64,000 bases of DNA, taken from assembly GCA_964407825.1 (NCBI GenBank), contig CAYOXD010000001.1:46032-110031 (forward strand), written 5' to 3'. The notes under the pieces are model-generated. The model worked only from the letters and a program-made list of their open reading frames with translations, searched no databases and was not told the origin of the DNA. The position numbers and the translations under genes are program-made. The DNA comes from an uncultured Desulfobacterales bacterium (GTDB taxonomy: Bacteria > Desulfobacterota > Desulfobacteria > Desulfobacterales > JAFDDL01). Positions 8,501 to 17,465 of this stretch are shown piece after piece (position 1 is the stretch's first letter; each line of letters starts with the position of its first letter).

Positions 8501-10144
8501 ATGAATAATAGTAGACCACCGGCTTCCGGCCCCTCAAAACGCCTCATTGCCAACTGGGAAACGCTGCAACGCACTTTTCTGCGGCCGGAAAACGAAGAGG
8601 CCAAGAACACCCTCATCAAATACATGGCGCAGATTCTGTTCGGCCTCCATGACTTCCTTATACAACATGTTGGTATTACTGAAGAAAAATCCATATTGGA
8701 GTTATCCCGTCAGTACTCCGAAACCATTCTACCGAAAACACCTGAAAAGAAATTGGCAGAAGTCATTACCGAACTGGTAACGGACATCGCCCCCCATGCG
8801 GTCAATGTGGCCTCCCCCTATTTCATCGGCCACATGACGGCGGCCATCCCTTTCTTCATGGTGCATCTGAAAACGATCACAGCTGCCCTGAACCAGAATG
8901 TCGTCAAGCTGGAGACTTCCAAGGTCGTCTCCATCATGGAAAAGCAAGTGCTGGCAAAAATTCACCGGCTGATCTTCAACCGGGAGGATACCTTCTACAG
9001 AAAGCATGTGCAAAACACGGAATCAGCCCTGGGCTGTTTCACGGAAAACGGCACCATCGCCAACCTCACTGCCCTGTGGGTGGCCCGCAATCGGGCGTTC
9101 GCCTCCATATCCGATTTCGAGGGCATCGAAAAAGAAGGCCTCGCTGCCGCCTACCGGGCCTACGGCGTGGAGCGCTGCGTTTTTCTGGTTTCCCGGCTGG
9201 GGCATTATTCTCTCCGCAAGGCCGGCGGACTGCTTGGTATTGGTAATCAGAACGTGATCGCCATTGACGTGGACGCCCATCACCGCATTGATATGAATCT
9301 GCTTCGCAGAACCGTCCATCAGTTGGAAGCAGAGGGCAAAACCCGCATCCTGGCCATCATCGGCATTGCCGGAGCGACGGAAACCGGCACCATCGACCCC
9401 CTGGGAGAAATGAGCCGCCTGTGCCGGGATCACGGAATTCATTTCCATATCGACGCTGCCTGGGGAGGCCCCACGCTGGTATCGGATCGATATCGCCACC
9501 TTCTGAAGGGAATCGAGAGGGCGGACTCCGTGACCATCGATGGACACAAGCAATTCTACATGCCCATGAGCTGCGGCATGGTCTACTTCAAGGACCCCCA
9601 TGCCCTCGACGCCGTGGCCTATCATGCCCGCTATATAAACCGCCCGGGCTCCGTCGACCTGGGCATCAAGTCGCTCTCGGGCTCCAGGGAGGCGAATTCC
9701 CTGATCCTCGACAGCGCGCTCAAAATCATGGGCACCAACGGCTATGCCCTGCTCATCGACAACGGGATTCGAACGGCCCGGGAATTCGCCGATGAAATCG
9801 AGCAGCGGGCCGACTTCGAGCTGACAACCCCCCCCACCCTGAACATTCTGACCTATCGGCTATTTCCTGTCGCCCTGAAGCAATCATTGCCCGGCCTGGA
9901 CCTGGACGGCAAAAAGCGTCTGTACGACCGGCTAAACCATATCAACCGAGCCGTTCAGCGCCGGCAGCGCGAGGCAGGCCGCAGTTTCGTCTCCAGGACA
10001 TCCCTCAAAGGAACCGACGAGTGGCCCGAGGAACGAATCGTTCTAAGGGCAGTGATCATGAACCCCATGACAACGATCCGAATATTGCGTGAAATTCTGG
10101 ATGAGCAGGAGGCCCTCTGCTCCCAGATCGTGGCGGGCCGGTAA
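8501..10144 (+). CDS. Group II pyridoxal-phosphate-dependent amino-acid decarboxylase
   Basis: 547 aa with the PLP-lysine context SVTIDGHKQFYMP and overall group II decarboxylase-like sequence. Substrate not assignable by eye. Confidence 0.8.
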   Translation: MNNSRPPASGPSKRLIANWETLQRTFLRPENEEAKNTLIKYMAQILFGLHDFLIQHVGITEEKSILELSRQYSETILPKTPEKKLAEVITELVTDIAPHAVNVASPYFIGHMTAAIPFFMVHLKTITAALNQNVVKLETSKVVSIMEKQVLAKIHRLIFNREDTFYRKHVQNTESALGCFTENGTIANLTALWVARNRAFASISDFEGIEKEGLAAAYRAYGVERCVFLVSRLGHYSLRKAGGLLGIGNQNVIAIDVDAHHRIDMNLLRRTVHQLEAEGKTRILAIIGIAGATETGTIDPLGEMSRLCRDHGIHFHIDAAWGGPTLVSDRYRHLLKGIERADSVTIDGHKQFYMPMSCGMVYFKDPHALDAVAYHARYINRPGSVDLGIKSLSGSREANSLILDSALKIMGTNGYALLIDNGIRTAREFADEIEQRADFELTTPPTLNILTYRLFPVALKQSLPGLDLDGKKRLYDRLNHINRAVQRRQREAGRSFVSRTSLKGTDEWPEERIVLRAVIMNPMTTIRILREILDEQEALCSQIVAGR

Positions 10145-10161
10145 ACAAGAAGAAAATACAA

Positions 10162-10191
10162 AGCCCGCCGGCATGGCCGGCGGGCTTTTTT
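10162..10191 (+). terminator. Rho-independent terminator, probably bidirectional (decarboxylase gene and convergent tRNA)
   Basis: AGCCCGCCGGC-atg-GCCGGCGGGCT followed by TTTTT on the plus strand. On the minus strand the same hairpin is followed by TTTGTATTTTCTTCTT. Confidence 0.8.
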
Positions 10192-10194
10192 CTC

Positions 10195-10271
10195 TGGTGG
10201 CGATGCAGGGATTTGAACCCCGGACACTGCGGATATGAGCCGCATGCTCTGACCGACTGAGCTACATCGCC
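10195..10271 (-). tRNA. tRNA with CAU anticodon (elongator Met, or Ile2 if lysidine-modified), CCA encoded
   Basis: The reverse complement GGCGATGTAGCTCAGTCGGTCAGAGCATGCGGCTCATATCCGCAGTGTCCGGGGTTCAAATCCCTGCATCGCCACCA folds as a cloverleaf. Anticodon loop is CTCATAT. G1-C72 pair and no GGG/CCC anticodon stem, so not an initiator. Confidence 0.9.
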
Positions 10272-10377
10272 TTTTCGAATGCAACCCGCTTTTTCACGGG
10301 GAGGCAGTTGTCTACCAGCTCCCACGCGGCAAGTCAAGCCCAATCGGGTTGCGCCGGGAATTTTCGGCCCAGGACGC

Positions 10378-12234
10378 CTATGGATGCGCGCCAGTGGCGC
10401 CGGCAGTCTGGGAGCCGGTCGCTTCCACCGTATATTCCTCGAGGTTTTCCGGCAAGTTTGAAAAAACAATCATAAAGGGCCGCTCCTGTCCGGGTTTGAT
10501 ACCCACATCGGCCTTGTTATCGCCCTCTTTGTTTTCAAGCCGGCTCCTGATCGTTTTCAGGGGCAGTTTGGAAATCTCGAGGGGGCTGAGCATGTTTCCG
10601 CAATACACCGCTTGCGTGCTCACCAGCCGCTTTCCCTGGGCATAGAGCTTGCCGGTTATCTGTATGAAGCTCCTGGCATCCGGGTACTCATTGCGCGCCT
10701 TGCCGGAAATAACAAAAAGACGGCCAGCATCCTTGTTATCAACGAAACGGGCATCGATATCCATGGCCTTGATCTTGCTGTATCCCGGGTCCGGCCCCTG
10801 GGATTTTTGGGCTCCGGACCAAAAGGAATTATGAAAACTCCCCTGATACATATACAGGAAGCCGCCCCCAAGACCGCCGATGGCAAGGATCAGGATCAGC
10901 GCCACGACCCAGACCGTACTCGAACGCTCCTCTCCGGCTTTCAGGATTTCGGGTTCGGGCCCCCCACTGGAAACCACCGCGCCCTCCTCCTCGGGCTCCA
11001 GATCTTCTGTAACATCGACTCCAGGTGCGGCGCCTCCGCTGTCCATGGCAGCGGCCGCCTCCGTCGTCGTTTCCCCTTCTGCCGCTGATTGATCGGTGGG
11101 TTCGTCAAGGAATTGCAGATCCAGGTCCTCCGATGCGGAAACTTCCTCCACCGCCTCGGAGGCGCCATCGTCCTCCTCCGCATCAAGGGAGATCTTGAAG
11201 TCATCCTCGTCTTCCCCTTCGCCGGCAGAAGCGTCCGGCTCCTCCGCTTCAAATTCCAGGGACAACTCTTCGGATGCCTCTTCAGGGGCGGGTGCCGGTG
11301 AGGACGCTTCCGCCTGTGCCGAGTCGGCAGATTCGCCGCCATCCTCTTTTTCCATCATCTCTTCCAGGCCGGAAAAATCCAACTCTTCGGTTGTATCGGA
11401 CGGCGTCGCCTCTGTTTCCGAACCCTGCTCCGCTTCGGCACCTTCCAATTCGAGTTTCAATTCCTCTTCCTGAGACGCTGCCGGAGAATCGGAATCCTCC
11501 GAGGATTCGGTTTCCATCATCTCCTCAAGGCCGGAAAGATCAAGATCTTCAGTGGCGGCAGGGGAAGACGCCGTCGTCTCAGGCGTCGCCGGCGCTTCCA
11601 GCTCCGACGCCGCGGGCTCTGTTCCGGGGGACGACTTCATCAAGTCGTCCAAATCGGACAGATCGATATCATCTGAATCATCTGAAGCTGCCGGAGCTTC
11701 CGCCTCGGTTTCCTTCATGTCCTGCTCAAGCATCTTCTCGATATCCGAGAGGTCGAAATCCCCTCCAGCCTCCTTGGCTTCCACCTCCTCGTCCAGATCG
11801 AAAATCAGATCCTCTGGTTCCGGCCCCTCCTCTTCCACTTCTGGGCCAGCGCCCGGGTCGGTTTCAAGCATCTTCTCGATTTCCGAAATATCCAGCACGC
11901 CCATACTGGTATCCGGCCCACTTGAAGTCTCATCGGGCTTGGAAGGAGGTCTTTTTTCCTCCTTGGAATCACCGGCTTGCACCTCACCCGGGCTGCTGTC
12001 GAGCATCTTCTCGATCTCGGACAGATCCAGTCCCTGGTCCTTTGCCGACCCGGCGGGAGGTGTCCCCCCCACGCCATCGGTGGGTTGCGCGGAGACCGGG
12101 GCCTCGGGTGGCGTTTCCGGGTATACCACGAAGATGGTTCGGCACTTGGAACAGCGGACTTTCGATCCCTTCGGCTTGACGAGACTGTCCTTTAGATTGA
12201 AACGGGCGTTGCAATTTTGACAGGTGACAATCAT
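10378..12234 (-). CDS. MJ0042-type zinc-ribbon protein with a long acidic repeat region, one TM helix and a DUF3426-like C-terminal domain
   Basis: N-terminus MIVTCQNCNARFNLKDSLVKPKGSKVRCSKCRTIF (CxxC...CxxC). About 400 aa D/E/S/P-rich with six DLSEIEKMLE-like motifs. TM segment VWVVALILILAIGGLGGGFLY. C-terminal beta-rich domain. Confidence 0.7.
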   Translation of the reverse strand: MIVTCQNCNARFNLKDSLVKPKGSKVRCSKCRTIFVVYPETPPEAPVSAQPTDGVGGTPPAGSAKDQGLDLSEIEKMLDSSPGEVQAGDSKEEKRPPSKPDETSSGPDTSMGVLDISEIEKMLETDPGAGPEVEEEGPEPEDLIFDLDEEVEAKEAGGDFDLSDIEKMLEQDMKETEAEAPAASDDSDDIDLSDLDDLMKSSPGTEPAASELEAPATPETTASSPAATEDLDLSGLEEMMETESSEDSDSPAASQEEELKLELEGAEAEQGSETEATPSDTTEELDFSGLEEMMEKEDGGESADSAQAEASSPAPAPEEASEELSLEFEAEEPDASAGEGEDEDDFKISLDAEEDDGASEAVEEVSASEDLDLQFLDEPTDQSAAEGETTTEAAAAMDSGGAAPGVDVTEDLEPEEEGAVVSSGGPEPEILKAGEERSSTVWVVALILILAIGGLGGGFLYMYQGSFHNSFWSGAQKSQGPDPGYSKIKAMDIDARFVDNKDAGRLFVISGKARNEYPDARSFIQITGKLYAQGKRLVSTQAVYCGNMLSPLEISKLPLKTIRSRLENKEGDNKADVGIKPGQERPFMIVFSNLPENLEEYTVEATGSQTAGATGAHP

Positions 12235-12770
12235 GGCTTATCCTCGTTGGGGGTTAACTTTACCTCGAAAATTCCCGGCAGCTGTCGATATTTTTCCGCA
12301 TAATCCAGCCCGTAGCCCACCAGAAATCCGCTTTCCACAGGGTAACCGGCATAATCGATCGAAACGGATGTCTCTCGCCGCTCACGCTTATCGATAAAGG
12401 CGCAAGTCCTGACGCTCCGAGGCCCCAAAGCTTTGAGACAATCGCCCAGGGAAACCAGGGTCTGCCCCGTATCGATAATATCTTCCACTACCAGAACATC
12501 TTTTCCCCTGATATCGATTCCCGGCGGTTTCGTCAACATCACCCGCCCCGATGAACATGATCCATCGGCATAGCTCGAGGCGCCCATAAAATCGATCTCA
12601 ACCGGAATGCGCAGATGACGGACGAGATCCGATAAAAAAATAAACGCGCCCTTCAAAATACCGATCACCACCAGGGACCTGCCCCGGTAATCAGCGGAAA
12701 TCCTGTCAGCCAGGCGGGTGACAATGCCTTCAATATCCTCTGGCGAAAGAATCGGTGTCAAATTATCCAT
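12231..12770 (-). CDS. hpt: Hypoxanthine(-guanine) phosphoribosyltransferase
   Basis: PRPP-binding motif VLVVEDIIDTGQTL. Start set at MDNLTPILSPEDIEG (track start 12833 is an alternative). The stop overlaps the downstream gene's ATG (ATGA). Confidence 0.85.
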   Translation of the reverse strand: MDNLTPILSPEDIEGIVTRLADRISADYRGRSLVVIGILKGAFIFLSDLVRHLRIPVEIDFMGASSYADGSCSSGRVMLTKPPGIDIRGKDVLVVEDIIDTGQTLVSLGDCLKALGPRSVRTCAFIDKRERRETSVSIDYAGYPVESGFLVGYGLDYAEKYRQLPGIFEVKLTPNEDKP

Positions 12771-12846
12771 GTCATGGCCATACGTCGATGAAAGGTCCGG
12801 ATACAGGCTACCTGCCCCTGCCGCTCTTGTCAATTAATTTCAATTA

Positions 12847-13767
12847 TTACAAGCCACTTTCCGCAAGCTTTGCCACCAGCTCCCGCTGCTCGGGGCTCAG
12901 TCTCTTAGGCAGGGTTACCTGAATCTGGACAAAGAGGTCACCGCTTCCGCCCCCCCTCATTTTGGGCAACCCGTGACCTGCCAATCGCATCTTGGTCTTG
13001 TGGTTGGTGCCTGCGGGGATCTTAAGGCTCAACTCCTTGCCCTCCAGCGTGGGGATGGACACGCTCGTCCCCAACATGGCCTCGGTCAACCGTATCTTCC
13101 GGATGACGGTCAGATCACAGCCCTCCACCAAATACAGCGGATCCTTCAGCACGCTGGCCTTGATATAAAGATCCCCCGGTGGCCCACCGTATGGGCTCGG
13201 ATTTCCCTTGCCGGCCAACCTGAGTTTCTTACCATGAATCATGCCCCGGGGGATGGTAACGGAAACCTTATCTACCCGATCCCCCTTCTGAATGGAGATG
13301 GTCTTCTGGGTACCGGTGGCCACTTCCCGCAGCAGAAGCGGCAGCTCGTAGACCACATCGGCGCCCTTCATCTGGGCCTGAGCCCTAGACCCGGCGCCAA
13401 GGGGCTCACCCTGACCGAATCCCTGAAAAAAAGAAAAATGGGGACTGCCCCTTACCCCGGACCGGCTTCCGCCGAAACCAAATTCTCGGAAAATATCGGA
13501 AAAGTCAAATCCGCGGAAAATATCTTCCTGGGAAAAACGCTGTCGAAAACCGCTGGCACCGAACTGATCGTACTGCTGACGCTTTTCCTTGTCGCTCAAA
13601 ACGGCATAGGCCTCGCTGATCTGCTTGAACTTCTCTTCAGCGGATTTGTCTCCCTTGTTCTGGTCCGGATGGTGCTTCATGGCCAGCTTCCGGTAGGCCT
13701 TTTTAATCTCATCGCTCGAGGCGTCCTTCTTCACCCCGAGCAATTTGTAATAATCCATCCCGGCCAT
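12847..13767 (-). CDS. cbpA: DnaJ-class J-domain co-chaperone without zinc finger (CbpA-type)
   Basis: J domain DYYKLLGV...HPD, a G/F-rich linker, two DnaJ C-terminal beta domains, and no CxxCxGxG repeats. Confidence 0.75.
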   Translation of the reverse strand: MAGMDYYKLLGVKKDASSDEIKKAYRKLAMKHHPDQNKGDKSAEEKFKQISEAYAVLSDKEKRQQYDQFGASGFRQRFSQEDIFRGFDFSDIFREFGFGGSRSGVRGSPHFSFFQGFGQGEPLGAGSRAQAQMKGADVVYELPLLLREVATGTQKTISIQKGDRVDKVSVTIPRGMIHGKKLRLAGKGNPSPYGGPPGDLYIKASVLKDPLYLVEGCDLTVIRKIRLTEAMLGTSVSIPTLEGKELSLKIPAGTNHKTKMRLAGHGLPKMRGGGSGDLFVQIQVTLPKRLSPEQRELVAKLAESGL

Positions 13768-13855
13768 ATGTCAGAGATTCCTCCTGGTTTCGAAAAAGGA
13801 TTTAACTGCATAATATTAATATTTATTCCAAAGATAATGAAACTTTCTGAGACTG

Positions 13856-15757
13856 TCAAGCCACCGACCGGCTTCCACCGGAAGCCCCCTCACGCCGTTT
13901 CTGTACCTTCAAGGCGATCATGAGAACGGACAGGGCCGCCGGCGTCATTCCCTCCATGCGTGAGGCCTGCCCCAGGGAAACTGGCCTAAGGACTGACAGC
14001 TTCTCCTTAAGCTCATTGGAAAGGCCATGGACCTCCCGGAAATCGAAGGTATCCCCGATTCTGATCCGTTCCAGATCCCGGTATTTTTCGATCTCTTTGA
14101 GCTGTCGACGAATGTACCCCTCATACTTGATCTCGATCTCCACCTGCCGGGCAATCTTCCCGTCGACAGGCCAAGGACTCGCAGCCAGGGCCTGGACCAC
14201 GTCGTAGTGGATCTCGGCGCGCTTCAGGAGCTGATCCAGGCTGACAGCACCCGTGAGGCCAGGGGTGTTCCGGGCAGATAGACAGGCGTCAACCGTGGCG
14301 CCGGGCTTTATCACCACCTCACGCACCCGCTGGATTTCCTTGGCAATGAGCTCTTTCCGATGTCTCACCTCCCGGATCGTCTCCTCCCCGATGAGCCCCA
14401 GCCCATGACCGACTTCCATAAGTCGTAGATCGGCATTATCCTCCCGAAGCATGAGGCGATATTCTGCCCTGGAGGTAAACATCCGGTAGGGCTCCCGGGT
14501 GCCTCGGGTGACAAGGTCATCGATCATCACCCCCATATAGGCCTCGGATCGATTGAGAACAAGGGGGGAGCGGCCCTGAACACGGCAGGCGGCATTGATT
14601 CCGGCCCAGAGTCCCTGGGCCGCGGCCTCCTCGTACCCGGATGTTCCATTGATCTGGCCAGCCAGGTAGAGACCTGCCACCTTCCGGGTTTCCAGGGTCT
14701 GTCTGAGCTGGAGGGGATTGATATAGTCGTATTCGATGGCATAGGCCGGCCTTACGATCTCGGCGGCCTCGAGGCCGCGAACCGAATGGACCACCTCCAG
14801 CTGAATCTCGACGGGGAGGCTGTTGCCAAGGCCGCTGGCGTAAATTTCCTCTGTATCAATTCCCTCGGGCTCGAGGATGATCTGGTGACGGTCCTTATCC
14901 GCAAACCGGACAACCTTGTCCTCGAAGGAGGGACAGTATCGAGCGGGGGTTCCCTTGATCGTGCCACCATAGAGCGCTGAGTATTTCAAATTTCGCCTCA
15001 CCAAGGCATGCACCGAGGGATCCGTATACCCGATAAAACTGGGCAGCTGGGGCATGGTGATCTTTTCCGTGAAATGGGAAAAGGGAATCGGCGAGGGATC
15101 GGATGGCTGGACCTCGAAGACATTGAAATCGATGCTTCGGCGGCTGAGCCGGGGAGGGGTGCCGGTTTTCATCCGGCCCAAGGAAAAGCCGAGCCCCCGG
15201 AGACACTCGGCGAGTCCGTAGGCCGCAAATTCGCCAGCCCGGCCCGCCTTGACGGTACGGAGGCCGATGTGGATCAATCCGCTGAGGAAGGTGCCCGTGG
15301 CCAGCACCACCGCCCTGGCCGGATACTGGTATCCGAACTGATCCTCCACCCCGGCAACGGCGCCGTTTTCCACCACGAGCCGCTCCACGAGGGCCTGTTT
15401 CAGATCCAGACCGGCTTGCCGCTCCAAAACCGCCTTCATGGCCATATGGTACCGTTTCTTGTCGTTCTGGGTGCGCGACGAGTGCACCGCCGGGCCCTTC
15501 CGGGTGTTTAGGGTCCGGTATTGAATGGCCGTCTGGTCGGTGATCCGGGCCATCTCGCCGCCCAGGGCGTCGATTTCCTTGACGAGCTGCCCCTTTGCCA
15601 TGCCGCCGATGGAGGGGCTGCATGGCATGGCGGCCACCTTGTCCAGATCGATGGCCAGCAACAAAACGGCGCACCCCATCCGAGCCGCCGCAAGGGCCGC
15701 CTCGCTGCCGGCGTGGCCCGCCCCAACGACGATGATATCGTAAAGTCTGTGACCCAT
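13856..15757 (-). CDS. mnmG: tRNA uridine 5-carboxymethylaminomethyl modification enzyme MnmG (GidA)
   Basis: FAD motif [16 protein letters not shown] and full-length GidA-like sequence. Start at MGHRLYD (AAGGAA SD) rather than the track start at 15811. Confidence 0.9.
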   Translation of the reverse strand: MGHRLYDIIVVGAGHAGSEAALAAARMGCAVLLLAIDLDKVAAMPCSPSIGGMAKGQLVKEIDALGGEMARITDQTAIQYRTLNTRKGPAVHSSRTQNDKKRYHMAMKAVLERQAGLDLKQALVERLVVENGAVAGVEDQFGYQYPARAVVLATGTFLSGLIHIGLRTVKAGRAGEFAAYGLAECLRGLGFSLGRMKTGTPPRLSRRSIDFNVFEVQPSDPSPIPFSHFTEKITMPQLPSFIGYTDPSVHALVRRNLKYSALYGGTIKGTPARYCPSFEDKVVRFADKDRHQIILEPEGIDTEEIYASGLGNSLPVEIQLEVVHSVRGLEAAEIVRPAYAIEYDYINPLQLRQTLETRKVAGLYLAGQINGTSGYEEAAAQGLWAGINAACRVQGRSPLVLNRSEAYMGVMIDDLVTRGTREPYRMFTSRAEYRLMLREDNADLRLMEVGHGLGLIGEETIREVRHRKELIAKEIQRVREVVIKPGATVDACLSARNTPGLTGAVSLDQLLKRAEIHYDVVQALAASPWPVDGKIARQVEIEIKYEGYIRRQLKEIEKYRDLERIRIGDTFDFREVHGLSNELKEKLSVLRPVSLGQASRMEGMTPAALSVLMIALKVQKRREGASGGSRSVA

Positions 15758-15834
15758 GGTGCTATTCCTTTTTTCATGGCAAGCTATATAATCGTTTGCC
15801 AACCAGGTCAACTTGAGGAGGGGAGAAGAAAGCG

Positions 15835-16755
15835 GTGAAAAATCGATATCGGGATCTGAACACCTATCTACGGGGACTTTTCGGATGCCGCGTACAAAAG
15901 GTCACCGTGGATGCGGGCCTCACCTGTCCCAACCGGGACGGCACGCTCTCTACGGCAGGATGCATCTTTTGCAATGAAAAGGGATCCGGCACCGGCGCCC
16001 ATGCCCGGAACCTCACCATCACCGATCAGCTGCAGCAGGGGAAGGCATGGATGACCAAGCGGTACAAGGCTAAAAAATTCATCGCCTATTTCCAATCCTT
16101 CTCCAACACCTACGCCCCCCTGGACACACTCGAACGCCTGTACAACGAGGCCCTGGCCGAGGCAGACGTGGTGGGTCTCTCCATCGGCACCCGGCCCGAT
16201 TGTGTGAACACCGGTGTTATTGATCTGTTAGCCTCCTACACGCCGCAGCACCTCGTCTGGGTTGAATACGGGCTCCAATCGGCCCATGACGCAACCCTTG
16301 AACGCATCAACCGCGGTCACACCGTTTCATGCTTCCGCAAGGCGGTAGCCGCCACCCGGGGTCGCGGGATCCGCATCTGCGCCCATGTGATCCTCGGGCT
16401 TCCGGGTGAAACGGAGGCTCACATGATGGATACGGCCCGCCTGCTCTCAGCGCTGGGCATCGATGGGATCAAAATCCACCTGCTCTATGTGGTCAAGGGG
16501 ACTGCGCTCGATGCAGCCTATCGAAGGGGAGAATATCAGTGCCTCGGCCAGGCAGAGTATGCACGGCTCGTCTGCCGGTTCATCGAGCGACTGCCACCGG
16601 AGATGATCATTCACCGACTCACCGGAGATCCGCATCCCGGAGAGTTGGTGGCCCCCATCTGGGCCCTGGACAGAAACAGGACCCTCACCCTCATCCAAAA
16701 CCGCCTGGAGCAGGAGGACACCTGGCAGGGGAAATACAGCTCCGCCGGCAGGTAA
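15835..16755 (+). CDS. TIGR01212-family radical SAM protein (YhcC-like)
   Basis: [15 protein letters not shown]...CIFC cysteine pattern, GTG start with GGAGGGGAG SD, 306 aa. Confidence 0.8.
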   Translation: MKNRYRDLNTYLRGLFGCRVQKVTVDAGLTCPNRDGTLSTAGCIFCNEKGSGTGAHARNLTITDQLQQGKAWMTKRYKAKKFIAYFQSFSNTYAPLDTLERLYNEALAEADVVGLSIGTRPDCVNTGVIDLLASYTPQHLVWVEYGLQSAHDATLERINRGHTVSCFRKAVAATRGRGIRICAHVILGLPGETEAHMMDTARLLSALGIDGIKIHLLYVVKGTALDAAYRRGEYQCLGQAEYARLVCRFIERLPPEMIIHRLTGDPHPGELVAPIWALDRNRTLTLIQNRLEQEDTWQGKYSSAGR

Positions 16756-16761
16756 TCCCTC

Positions 16762-17388
16762 CTAAAACCCAAATTCCGCTAATAGGTCATCCACCAGGTC
16801 CTGCTTCATCTCCTCCGTGGTGGCGGCCTCGTTGACCTCACGAAGCAGCTTTGCCTTTTGCTCCACATTTTCCGGAGATCCATTCTTTTGAATATTGAGG
16901 ATCACCAATACCTCCACCAACCAGTCCCGCATCTGGCCGAGATCGTTGATCAGGGCCTCCATCTTCTGCCGGGCCACATCCTGGTAGGACTGGGAGGCAA
17001 TGATATCAAAGAGATGGGCTTTCAATTCGGTCATTTTCTGGGTGAGCTCGGCGGGCGGCAAGTCAGCGACAGTCTTTTCAAGGTGGTCGACCTCAAAGGT
17101 CAGCTGGTCGGCGCTGTCGAGCACCTGACCGGTGGCCTGGGCCATGAGCTCGATAACGCTCTTGGCACTCATGACCGCCGAGGGCGCATGCTCACCCGCG
17201 CTGGTGAGCGGTGTTTCAACGCTCCTCATGTTGATCACCAGGGCATTGATCTTCTGCGCCAATACCGAAAGCATTCCTTCCGCGTCGACTTCGGTATCCC
17301 ATTGATTATACTCGCCGTTAAGAATGGAGTCCGTAGCAGTGATCAATTGTTCGATGTACTTATTGATGTCTTTTTCCGCAGCAGCCAT
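16762..17388 (-). CDS. CheZ-like phosphatase (candidate)
   Basis: SQSYQDVARQ aligns with the CheZ catalytic QDFQDLTGQ, with Asp and Gln four residues apart. The C-terminus LVDDLLAEFGF resembles the CheY-binding tail VDDLLDSLGF. GGAGG SD. Confidence 0.55.
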   Translation of the reverse strand: MAAAEKDINKYIEQLITATDSILNGEYNQWDTEVDAEGMLSVLAQKINALVINMRSVETPLTSAGEHAPSAVMSAKSVIELMAQATGQVLDSADQLTFEVDHLEKTVADLPPAELTQKMTELKAHLFDIIASQSYQDVARQKMEALINDLGQMRDWLVEVLVILNIQKNGSPENVEQKAKLLREVNEAATTEEMKQDLVDDLLAEFGF

Positions 17389-17465
17389 TCTTAACCTCCG
17401 AGCCCCTCCAGACTCATTTCCTGCTGTTCGTAATTCCCGGCCGGTACGCCGCCCCGGACGGAACG

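Noticed and set aside
10272-10377. Possible genomic-island junction next to the tRNA
   Set aside because: There is no integrase, no direct repeat of the tRNA 3' end and no compositional break that I can see. The flanking genes are ordinary core-type genes.
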